64,000 nucleotides of DNA from Azolla caroliniana (Eukaryota; Plantae; Polypodiophyta), in NCBI GenBank assembly GCA_043228905.1, contig JBHGNT010000003.1, positions 1,798,001 through 1,862,000 on the forward strand, in the 5' to 3' direction. The position numbers and the translations under genes were made by a program. Positions 12,422 through 24,568 of this stretch are shown here, in pieces. The notes beneath the pieces were generated by a model, which saw only the letters and a program-made list of their open reading frames with translations, ran no database searches and was not told the origin of the DNA. The stretch's first letter is position 1. The number at the start of each line of letters is the position of its first letter.

Positions 12422-14260
12422 TTATTTGGGATCTTCATGTGTGCGTTTAACCCAGTGTGTTCTTCCACCACGAGGAGCTCGTTGTCTCCCTCTTCGTTGA
12501 GACTTAGAATTAGATTGGCTAATTGTATTTTTTGCTGAACTACTACTAGCCTCAAAATCACCCTGAATGTGAGGTCTTTGGGACTCAGAAAGTAGACCCT
12601 CAGGTGTAGCTTCCACTTCATGAACGTTTGACATCAAGTCCGATGTAGAGATAGCAGCATTCCCTGAACTATTTGCATCAGCTTTTGGTGCTGGTAAGGA
12701 AACAAACATACCAGGAACTAACACTTCGAGTTTTTTGGGCTCAATTATGCCGCCACATTGCTGCTGAACTTCCAGAAGATGGTCAAATTTAACCTTCCGT
12801 GCTACTTCACTGGCATTGAACATGACCTCCTGCTCGAAACCAACTTCAGGCTCTTCAATCTGTTTGAAAAAGAAAGAAAGATATGAAGCATCAATTAAAG
12901 ACCATAACTTCCTATCAGACCTAACAAAGAATTATAACTTTTAATGAAAGAAATTTATCTGTCCAGCATATGAGGGAATAAGCTAAAAAACTGAAAATTA
13001 GAATTGCATGTTCTTGAATTACTTGTTGATTAAAAGATCCAGCAGCTACAATATTGCAGATGGAAGGAATATCCTCTGCGTTCACAGATTTTCGACACAC
13101 AGGACATTTCAGTTGCAATGCTTCCAGTAGTTTCTTCTGGCTACAAATTTCATTCCAAGCCTTGGTGTGAGAAATTCAGATACAGCAAAGACTGTTTTCT
13201 CTAGCACATGCCTAGGGATAGGTGTATGTGATTCATTTTACAATAGCAAACCTCTCACATATTTTTATCTTGTTCTTTATCCAGCATAAGTTCAATGTCA
13301 AGCCCTCGTTCGAGCAGGATCCATTGGAACCATCTACTGAAGCAATCACTGCAACCATTCAGTATGATAATTTTCGGTCAAAACGTTTCAAACAAGCATG
13401 GAAATTCTAACTAATGGATCTTAACTAACCTGTGAAAGCAGTGGAAACAAGACATAAGCTTCATAAAAGGTCTCAATCCAGAAGACTCATACCCCGTTGA
13501 TAATGAAAACATACAGAAACAGCAGTCTCCATCAGGTTGATTCATATCTGTGAGCTTGTCTAATGCTGCCTGTTTCCAATCATAACACATTTTAAAGACA
13601 GCTTTATGGGGAAAAAAATCTGAAATGCGTAACTCTTTATTTCCCCAAATTCTCCCGAGCTTCACCAAATGCCCTTCCTTAACCCCCCAAAGAACAATAA
13701 TTTATATTTGAGCAATTAAATGGTCAATGCATCACTTTTTTCTCAATCACAGGTGTTATTTGAGCAATTATTTAATTAGTTCGTCCCCTTTTTCTCTGTT
13801 TCAACCACATACATTAAGATAAGCATCATCAAGCTGTATGAAACCTAGATCTTATATTTTTGTTTCAATATGGACAACATAAATTCATCCACATTCGAAA
13901 CAATGATTTGTCTCATAGGCTGATTTTGGCCTCTAGTAGATGCTAATATTTCTTTCTTTCTTTCATGAATCATTCGAGGACCCTTGATGGAAACACACAG
14001 GCATTTTGGAGTTTTTCTCTATCTTTTAATCACCTGCGAAGGCCGTGGGGAAACAAGTGCTAAACCAATGTCATTGCACAGAACAAAATTGCAACATAAT
14101 ATACCTCACATAAAGCCACCAACATTGGATTTGAATTGAGTTCATTTGAAAGATCTTGTAGCTCAGACAGCAAATAAGATTCCCTTTTTTCTTCTAATCC
14201 TTTTGTGTCTTTGAGCTCCAGTAAAGGTGGTTTTTGTGGATACTACAAAACACACAAAAT

Positions 14261-14308
<48 letters not shown>

Positions 14309-15123
14309 ATTTGTTTTTGTCATACCTGAGGGCTTGCTTTCATCACAAGGACAGCTTCAACAAACTGCATAGAGAACGACGAGGTTGTTCTGTCTTAGAT
14401 CACTAATAAAAAAAAGCTAATTGGATGTGAAGAACAGCTAAAGATATGTAAAATAGAATTAACTTTATTAACTTTCAAAACACAAAAATGTTGCTTCCAA
14501 TAATTGAGACATGAAAACGTTAACATTAAGATGAAACCTAATCTCTCTTGTATACACTAGGTTTACTTTATGAGAATATTCACAACGTTGCATGTAATGT
14601 ATGAAACAATGAAGGTAACTATTGGATTTTCTATACCATAGCTGATCACAAATTGCTCACAAAAGGTTGTGAATAAAGTACAAATGAGGTCAGGCATTGC
14701 AGACTGGTAACGGTTGTGAATGTTTAGCTTTTCCGAAAAGAGATTGTTTGCAAGGATAAGTAAAGGTTACATATAAATATAACAGAATAAGTTAGCATAT
14801 GCGATCACAAGCTTACAATTTTGCATAATATGAAGTATGAAATAATAGATCATATAAATAAAACTTTAAAAAAAAAATCTCGTGTATTCAAAAGGCTTAG
14901 GATCATGGTCAATGTGGTATACATTGAGGATGAATGAAATAACAGAGCTATGTGGTAGTTACAGCCTGACAATGATGACAAATATAACAGTGAAACACCT
15001 CAACCTCCCCTTTGCATGCAACTCTGGTCCAAAGCATACTCGCCACACAGACAGAAACTTAGGAAATGAGGAAGAAACGGAAAAGTCAACCCTTTTTTAA
15101 CAATACATGCATGGTGACATGCA

Positions 15124-15154
<31 letters not shown>

Positions 15155-16995
15155 CTTCAAAATAGCGAAGGCTATAGATTTTAAACTTGAAATTTGCAGG
15201 TTGCAAACTGAGGCAGCTGAACCTTATTTTGTTCATTTCTCAACTGTAGTTTCTCTACAGATGCTTTTAACTTTACAAAGAATGTTTATCACTTCGTCTT
15301 ATATTGAGGATGAGGATGCTGGGCTTCATGCACCATTATTGGCCACAGTTTTCAGATATTAATAGAAGCCACGGTGCCTAAACATCATCCCAACTCTAAC
15401 ATAAGTCTAGTGCTGTGGATGAGGTACATAGAGGAGGCCACCTGAGAACTGTGAATACAACTAAGTAAAGAGCACAATCAGGATTGCAGGACCTCTATAT
15501 CAGATTTACAAGTTCCCATAGATCAAGCGAAGCATTTATAATTTAGATTTATATTGATCCATGTGTATATATTGGGCTCATTAGATTAATACTATGATGC
15601 TATTGATTTGGTTGAGGGAGAATATTATTAAACTCGCATGAATATTGTCAATTCAAGCTCTTGAACCTGCCTCAGTCAACTATAATAAATATTCAGTGGC
15701 ATGAGCCGTCACACATGTAACTTTCAAGTATTGAGCTGACATGTTTATTGATTCCATCCTCCACAAGAAACACACAACTTGTAGTGCATTTGATGAGCTT
15801 TCACAAAACTGTGTTCTCGGGCAGCTGTTCGTTCATGCATGCGAGAATTAATTTGTTTATTCAATTCAAACAATATCTTATTACTTACAGTATTTCATGA
15901 ATCTTCATTTACAGGTTTCTTGCATCATCAAAGGCAAAATGATGACTGGGTTTCAAAGGGAACATCATAAAGTTCATCATGATTTTCAAGAAAAAAGGGA
16001 GATGGATGCTCAAACTAAACTAGAGGTCTATGTAAGAAAGAATGATGATCAAATTCCAATGAAAAAAGAACATAAGGATTAGATTCCAACGAAAACACTG
16101 TGAATGTGAGTAAAAACATCGTGAAAGGATTAAATTTCAATGAGAACTTCATCAAAACAACCGATTTCAATTAAAGCATCATACCAGGACAGTTTAATGA
16201 TCGAATCTCAAATGAGAACTTCATGAAATGTGTCATGAATTCAACAAAAAATATCATGAAGAGGCACATACATGATCCAATTTCAGCACCAAGATCATGG
16301 AGTGGCTCATGATTTTTAACAAATACATCATGAAAAGCCAGACTGACAGTCACATTTCAGCAAAAACATCATGAAATGGACAGTGAATTTTGACAAACAC
16401 ATTATGGAAAGGCAGTTTGATCATCAAATTTCAGCTGAAACATCATGAAAAGAAAAAGTGATGATGCAGATTTCAATGAATATTGCATCATTAACATTGT
16501 GAAATACAGAATGATGACACAAATTTCAAATGTCGTTTTAAGCAAAGAAAATATAATGAAAGGTAAAACTGATGATCAAATTCCAACAGGACTATAAATT
16601 TCAATTAAAACTTTGAGACTAATGTTCGAATTTCAAAGGATCATTCTATAAACATCATCGAACTCGGAATGAAGCTCAAAAATCCCAGCAAAAAGATAGC
16701 ATTTAAAACGAAATATCAAGAAAGTTTACAACTTTACAGCATGAAATGATGGAATGAAGAACAAGCATACCTGATGAGACGCAAACGAAATCCCAAGTTC
16801 GCAGCATGAAATGATCAGATGAAGAAACAACGAAAGAGAAGCGTACCTGTTGAGAGATGTCATCTGCAGTTCGGGGCTTGAGACGAACGAGGAGGTGAGG
16901 GGGGGAACGTTGAATGACGGTGCAGTCGCTACCATAGACCGCCAAAGCCGCCTCCACTTCTTCGTCTGTCGCCTCTGCTGCTTCTGCTTGAGCCA

Positions 16996-16996
<1 letters not shown>
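12422..16996 (-). CDS. RWD-domain RING E3 ubiquitin ligase, RNF25-like (~370 aa, 7 exons)
   Basis: Exons 16996-16847, 14364-14326, 14242-14105, 13569-13430, 13348-13259, 13140-13023, 12859-12422 are all GT-AG and in frame. RWD motifs EEVEAALAVYG and YPQKPP. RING motif DCCFC..MSCFHCFHSDCFSRW..CPVCRK. Basic C-terminal tail. Confidence 0.9.
14263..14304. repeat. (CT)n microsatellite in RNF25-like intron 2
   Basis: Direct reading of the sequence. Confidence 0.9.
15930..16680. repeat. Degenerate short-period tandem repeat in RNF25-like intron 1
   Basis: Recurrent aaaacatcatgaaa..gatgatcaaatttca motifs at roughly 40-60 bp spacing. Confidence 0.55.
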
Positions 16997-17041
<45 letters not shown>

Positions 17042-17213
17042 CCAGGTGCCTCTCTGCGTGTCTGTGTCAGCGATGGCATGTCGTTTTCCTTTATCTCACA
17101 ATATGCCCTCCATGTCTTCTCTTTGAGTTTTCCTTATTTCTCCACTATGCCCCTCCTCACTTCCACACAAATTTTGCTCACCCATACATACACTATACAC
17201 AGTGCACACTGTG

Positions 17214-17670
17214 TAGCAATGGACACGGTTTCGGCTCAAACCGAACCGTTAAACCGTGTTTTAACGGTTTATTGGTTTCAAAAAAAATTAATGGTTTGGT
17301 TTGGTTTGGTTTGGGTTTTTAATAAACGGTTCGGTTCTAAAACCGGGGTTTGTCGGTTTATAGGTTTAAATGGTTTGGTTTAAAGGTTTTTATTGGTTTT
17401 TGGTTAACTCTTTTTTTCACCTTAATAGTTTATTAATTTGATGGTTTTAATTAATGGTCTTTTATTGATTTAATTAAATTAACTTAAATGCTTATTTAAT
17501 TTAATGTTTTTTTGTTTATTTAAATTTTTAATTAGTTTGACTTAAATCGTGAGGTTAAAATTTTTATTAAATGGTTCGGTTTGGTTTGATTTTTGTTTTA
17601 TATAAATGGTTCGGTTTAGTTCAGTTCGGTTTCAAAGAAAAGAAACCAAACCAAACTGTGCCCATTGCTA
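17214..17670. mobile_element. Second copy of the hAT MITE family, inverted relative to 7721-8309
   Basis: Starts tagcaatggacacggtttcggctcaaaccgaacc (reverse complement of the first copy's right end) and ends aactgtgcccattgcta. No matching TSD. Confidence 0.85.
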
Positions 17671-17943
17671 GTACACACACACGCACACCCAACGATACAA
17701 TTGAACAAATACTTACTACTATTCATAGGGTGGAGCGGAAGCAAGTGTGTGCGTGTGGTTGTGTGTGTGTGCGTGCGCACGCGCATGTGTGGGCGAGAGA
17801 GGTCTGATCAAAATATGGAAATGCATGAGGAGTGTCTCTGAAGTTTTCCTTCCTATTATAGTATTTCCCCATGAAAGAGGGATATAGATATATGTATAGA
17901 TATATATTGTGAACGTCCATATGGGACCAAAAGATGATCCACG

Positions 17944-18204
17944 AGAGGGGCTATCTGGGATAGCAATTGTCCATAATGTGAAGGGGTCGTTCTCCTCCGA
18001 ATCACCGTTATGGATGGTGGTAGCATTTGTGGATGTGGAGATTTGGAAGGAGACTATTGATGTGAATATGAAATTAGTGTGGGGTGGAGAGGAGGATGAG
18101 AGTTTTCTTGCCAATTGAAGGAGAGGGTAGAGATGAGCAAGGATGTGAAGGGAGAGGAGTAAGGCATGAATTGTTGTACTAGACTCGGCTATTTTCGTAG
18201 CCAT
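17944..18204 (-). pseudogene. Truncated duplicate of UGT exon 1 (5' part)
   Basis: MATKIAESSTTIHALLLSLHILAHLYPLLQLARKLSSSSPPHTNFIFTSIVS..FTLWTIAIPD aligns with the N-terminus of the UGT at 21647. Similarity stops after ~87 codons and there is no PSPG exon. Confidence 0.88.
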
Positions 18205-19220
18205 ATCCAACCCACACAGAGAGAGGCAAGGCGGAGCATGAGCATAAGGGAAGGGAAACATAGAGGTTGAATACCATGGGGGCTTGTGATGTTGCACGTT
18301 GAGTGGTCCATTGTCCAAAAGTAACGTGCAACACCCACACTTTGGAAAAAAGCGCTACCTACACAAATGGGGGTGACCTAGTAAACACAAACACACACAC
18401 ACACACACACATGTGCAAAATTGAAGTTTGACGCTTGGGAGAATTGTGGTTATTTGAGGAAAGAGAGAAAACTTCATGATATCGTCAATGTTGAGCGTTG
18501 AGAGAGCGCGGGTATAAATTGTAGGGAATCGTAGGTTGCTTTGAGAAGAGTGTAAGACAACAAGAGATATCCTAAGGTCAAGATGATGATGGTTACGTTA
18601 CTTGAGCATACACATACAATATAATAACATAGAATGGAAGAGAAGATATATTTTTATCTTCCAAAGATGGCCAATTTTTGTCTTCAAAAGATCACTAGCA
18701 TAGGTCGATCCAAACCGGAGAGATCTCTTAAGTGAGGGAAGCACTTGCGATGGATGGCAAGAGATAATGGCCTTTATCATCAATGAGAAGGGTGGTGAAA
18801 TCGTTGTCCATGTTAAAGAGAGAGGTTGGATAAAGAAATGGGAAATATATTGTTTGTCACATAACATATCATGAGTGGAAGCTCTATCCCCTTCTATATA
18901 CATGTGGAGGAGATGGTGGATACATCAAAATCGTGTGCACCTTATAGTATGTAGATTGTGATATATTAAAGAATGTGTTTCATGTACAAGGTGCTTTAAA
19001 AGTTGGTAAATTGTCAAGTTCTCCTTTGCACATCATATGATTGATTGAATTGTTGTTAAAAGCCAAACATTGCGGATCGAACCCATCCACTCATGATATG
19101 GTGATGGTGATAGAGATGGGCAGGTTTATGGATCAGATTGATTATTGATTACAACTCTAAAGAATAGATGCATGCATGCATACAAACAAGATGCTTCGAT
19201 TGTGGGGGGCCTTATTGATA

Positions 19221-21647
19221 CTAGATCAAATCTGATGAAAGGCTCTTCATGCTATCCACAAGAGCTTTCAAATTAGAGAAAGTTGATCCTCCTGGTTTCA
19301 CAACATTCTCTACTTGCTTTTTAAGCTCTTCACCTCTCTTCCTCATAACCCCCCCTTCTTCTTCTTGCATCACATCCATCACGACCCTCTTAACCTCCTC
19401 TTTTCTAACATTCCCATCCACACTTTCCTTCGTAAATCCTTTGCCTAATTTCAACCCATCAATCAAAATTCGAGCATTCAGTCTTTGTTCAGCTTTGTCC
19501 GGCCAACAAAGTATTGGCAGTCCTCTCAATGCCAGGTTTTCTAGTATAGAATTCCAGCCACAATGGCTTAGAAATGCACCCACAGAAGGGTGCTTTAAGA
19601 CTTGCATTTGTGGTGCCCAAGATGTGATAAAACCTCGGTCTTTTGTATTCTCTAAGAAGCCATCCGGTAACACATCCAATAAGGAACCTTCTATAGCGTT
19701 GCGTCGAATAACCCATAAAAACGGTTGTTTACTTTCTTCGATACCAAGTGCAAGCTCCTTCATTTGATTCCCATTAGAGAATCTTGAAAGGGTTCCAAAT
19801 GACATATAAAGAACCGAATTTGGAGCTTGAGAATCTAACCATTTGAGGCATTCGTCGTCTTCTTTTCCTTGAAATCCAGCCCTTCTTTTGTCTATATCTC
19901 CATTGCTTGAAAGGAACAAGGGGCCAACTGTATAGACATTGCACCTAGATTGTAGTTGTTGGATTGCATGTGGTTCAATCTCATAATAGGAGTTGAGGAT
20001 GAGGCCAGATGCTTGTTCTAGATGTAAAAACATCTTGAGAACAAATTGGGCATGAATATGTGAGAGATCTTTAATTTGCATCGAGGGTGGAAACTCACTG
20101 GGAAGAAGAGCTGGTGCTCCAGGGCACACGATTTGCTCCTTGTTGCCATCTATACAATGTAGGAGTCAAAGAATTCAATAAGGATTGTTACGATTATACT
20201 CTCTTAACAACATTACTGTAGCCAATAAAATCTCTAATGCTATTGTTTGTAAATGCAATGATAAGTTAAATATTTTGAAAACCCAGTAAGAGAGAGAGAC
20301 AACTGGATTAGCAGAATATTCTATAAATATCAACAAAAGCTATAAATAACATGCAACTTTTGTAACACTAATAAAACAAATGCAGTTTTCATCTTGGATG
20401 AAAGATTTGACATAAATTTTTCAAATAAGACTTCTCAGAACAAGAAGTAACATGAGAAGCAAAAAATATAGGTTTTACATTAATCTTTCAAGCTAGGTAG
20501 GCTTCTCAAAACTATGCGCCCAAGTGCTAAAAGATGCAAAACTGTTCTCGAATATAGGTTTTACAATAACTTTTCAAACCGGTTCTCTTAAAACAATTGT
20601 GTCCAAAATGCAAAACCACCTCTTCTTCACGATTATTTCTTTTTCATTGGGATTTCCCTTTTCGATGCTTTTTATTAACTTTAGTTTTCTTGCAAATTTC
20701 ACTGTTATTGATCCTCCTGTAGGAAGGTGCAAAGTTCAAAACATTTCAATGTCATCACGTTGAAGTTATTACATTCTAATATGCATGTTGTGGGATTGGA
20801 CTCACAATGCTACACATGTTTTAAATTCTACATTTTGACACCACGTACAATGTCAAATAGCCCTCACATACACACAAATCCTAGATCTAAGTGTAGACCA
20901 TAATCTATCCAAAGCACAACACAATGCCTAGGTCATGCGACACAACGGGCATCGAACCCAAGATCTATATCCATTGAGTTTGTTGTCAACCAATAGGAAA
21001 TGGTCCTCAATTATGCCCTAAGAACAAAATTACATTGCATAGCAAGAGAATCATTACATTCAATTCAATGCATTAATTTCCAAATCAATATTTGAAATTT
21101 CGGTACCTTGGAAAGGCATGATCCCTTGAGAGACAAGCTGAGGAGCATAGGTCATCACACAACCAGCAGTGGCATTGCTAGTGAAGAAGGAGAAGAGTGG
21201 GATGCCAAACTTGAAGGCGATCCGAGGAGCCCATACGACAAATACATCCGAAATGATACACGAGAGACGTGGCGAGGTTTGCATAAGCTGAGGTATAAAT
21301 TTCTCAACAGATGGATACATATTCTCCAAAGCTTGAATCATGTCGGCAAGCTCCGATCGGGGATGCGAAAAAGGGAGGCCATCCGGGATGGCTATAGTCC
21401 GTAATGTGAAGGCTCCATTCTCATCAGAATCACTACTACTGGTGGTAGCATTTGTGGATGTGGAGACATGGAGGGAGACTATTGATGTGAAGATGAATTT
21501 GGTGTGGGGTGAAGAAGAAGAAGAAGATGATGATGATGATGCGAGTTTTCTTGCTAGTTGAAGCAGAGGGTGGAGATGAGTGGGGACAGGGAAGGAGAGG
21601 AGGAGGGCGTGGATTGTTGTCCCAGATTCAGCTATTTCTACAGCCAT
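19221..21647 (-). CDS. Family-1 UDP-glycosyltransferase (489 aa, 2 exons)
   Basis: Exon 1 21647-21107 (G|gtaccg) and exon 2 20149-19221 (tatag|AT) total 1470 nt in frame. Catalytic His (PVPTHLHP), Asp (CIISD) and PSPG box WAPQMQVLKHPSVGAFLSHCGWNSILE..WPDKAEQ. Confidence 0.95.
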
Positions 21648-23443
21648 ATCTAGGTCAGGACTCAGAGAGAGGCGGAGGCAGACAGAGGAGGAGGAGAGAG
21701 AAACAGAAGCAAACAGAGGCAGGCATACTAATGTTCATAGTACGTAATATACTCGAATGCATTGGCAAACCTTCTTTCCTTACGAATGCGAACAAATGCG
21801 TATGTTAGCTTAACACTTTTTACCTTAACTTTCTTACCTTAAAAACAAATTACATTACAATAAATAATGAATACAAAAGTACGGTATTTACCATGCTTCG
21901 AGGGTGTTTACCATGCTTCGAATGATTGAACCATTCTCGAATGCGAATGCACGTATGGTTCATACTATGATGAGTAATACTACGAAAGTCTTGTTTTGTT
22001 GTTTTTTTTGTTTGCTATGTGTCTGTTGTGTGTTTGTTGCCTTGTTGACTTGGCCATATTTTCATGGAGACCGTTCAAAAGGACATTTTCGGGTGTGCCA
22101 TTTTCTCTTGGGACTCATGAAAGAATGTTTTTTTTTACACCAATGTAATGTCGCAGCACCCAATGTATCATGTGGATGGTTCCACGTGGTCCATTGTCGT
22201 GGTCCATTGTCGTTATATACTAGCTCAGCGGTTTTGCAAAAAGTGTGGAACACCTCCTGCCCTGCACATGGATGACGTAGTAGACACATGCACGCGCGCA
22301 CACCCACGTGGGGTGATATGATCCAACTATGTATATGGGCCCCAATAGGGTAACTAATTCATCTTGTCCCCAGCATGATGTTTGACAATGGAGAATTTGC
22401 AAGAAAATTTCATGAGACCATCAAATTGAGCGTTGAGAATTGCTGCATTTTTTATGTTAGCAAAAAGAATGCAGAATATCCTAAGGTCAATAGGATGATG
22501 GTTACATTACTCAATCATATGTATAAGCAAAGGTTAAAGGGATAGGATCGATGAGGAAATGGGAATTACACTATTTGTGGGAGAATGTACCATGGGAGGA
22601 AGCTCTATAACCCTTCTATTTGCATGCATGGTGGAGATGATGGATAATTGGAAACCATGTGCACCTTATTATCACATGTAAATTGTGATGTGATTAATAG
22701 TGCTTTTTAATGTGCACAATACTTTTACGGAGTTAAGAGGTACATGGGTTACTTTGTACATCACACCATCTTCATGATTTTACACAAGCTTAACTTAGCT
22801 TATTTCCAAGTCAGAGTGACTGTTCCATTTGTTATGCAAAACATGTATTTAATTACAATTGATACCCAATCATGTCCTACCATGTTCCTTGACAAATAAA
22901 GTTGTTGAACGATGTACAAAGACATGTCCATATTTATTTCATCACCACGCATTTTATATCCTTCTTCGATGGAACTTATTGTAGGTGTACATATCAATCA
23001 ACATCCTTTCATTATGAAGCTTAGGTGCTCTTTTAAAAATGACATACTTTTATGTATGAAGTTTGAACGACTTAATTCACTTAGAAATTAATACACAATG
23101 CACATGTACTAAATTAGCAATGTCATGACATCAACCTCAATAAAAATAATAGAGGATCTAGAGTATGAGTAATATGATGCTGCATTCTGCACAAACGCCA
23201 AAGCCATGTCCAGTACTTATATGCTAACGCAGTAAATTAAAAACGTAAAATCACCCGAAAGACAAATTCTTTGTCCAAAAAAGAATTCAGGGAAGGGATG
23301 TGTAGCTATATATTTATGTGTATATTTAAATTTAACATAATGAGATGATAAGTTAGTTACACGTACTAGATATATCAAAGGAAGCTTCAGACATCAAACT
23401 GACAGGCCACTATGGAAGCTCCAACTATTCTTATCCTATTACT

Positions 23444-23612
23444 ATGCAGGTTAATCAACCAAATCTGTCGAAATCCAAAGATGAAAATGGGAAAAGCAAG
23501 AAAACAATTTCCATAACTTTCAAAGTAAAAATCATAACACTCAACAGCATAATAGCTGTTCCTACAATGCAGGTTAATCAACCAAATCTGTTGAAATCCA
23601 AAAATGAAAATG
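23444..23612. repeat. Direct repeat of ~46 bp, 123 bp apart
   Basis: atgcaggttaatcaaccaaatctgt(c/t)gaaatccaaa(g/a)atgaaaatg at 23444 and 23567. Confidence 0.8.
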
Positions 23613-24568
23613 ACTGTTCCTACTACATGTTGCAAGTTGAAGCAAATTTGGTGTAACATGTGTACATTGAGGATATGGAAATTTGCTCATATCCTTGCTT
23701 CACTGGTTGTCACAGCCTTCAGGAATTACACACTTCTGTACTACACGTAGAGAGCATTACCCAGAGGGAAATAAAGGTTATAATCCCTACATGTTCATAA
23801 TACACATACATACGACCATTGTACATATATACACACATATAAAGTTCTCTTTTCTTTTAGCACAATGCATTGCATTTTATTACTCATGGGAACTTCACAA
23901 TGGGAGAAATCCCACAAACGAATATTTACATGACGTATTAGAAACATTCAAAACAAAGGACATAATGTTCTCATCGTGAGAGACTTTAACAAACTTAAAG
24001 ATGGTGGAAAGAAAACCTGAATAACCAATATATGCACACCCATATATGTATCGATATACATATGCAAGTCCCATTCAAGTGTCTTAAATTTGGTACATAA
24101 ATCTGTCTCCTTTTACATACCTGCCAAAAATAAAGATGATGCATGTGTCCATGCATAGACATTATTGACAAAAGAATCAACTGTAATTTAAACATGGTAG
24201 AGTACGAAGATTTGTAAGGGAGACCATGGCTCACAAAAAGTGGTATCGAAATCTTCTGTCCGTCAAAATCATGGTGCTCATTCGAGTAATTCAGAAATCG
24301 ATAACAAGAAAAATGAGCCCTTAACATCCCAGTAATTACAATGCACTGTTGGCATGATGACGGAAATGAGTGAAGTAAAAGCAAGGGAAAAGGAAACCCA
24401 ACCAAAAGAACTCACTTCTTTCAACCTGACAAAACTCATAACATTATATATCATATCCGAGATGAAAAAAAAACCCTACAGGCAGATCAATGCAGATTAT
24501 GTTGGCATATATGAAATCTCCAATAGCTACAATTTGTGGAGAAATTTTGATATGTCATTCAGAAAAAT

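Noticed and set aside
16850-17383. 177-aa plus-strand ORF
   Set aside because: It runs through antisense exon 1, a (CT)n run and the MITE, with no recognisable domain.
19249-19767. 172-aa plus-strand ORF
   Set aside because: It is the antisense shadow of UGT exon 2.
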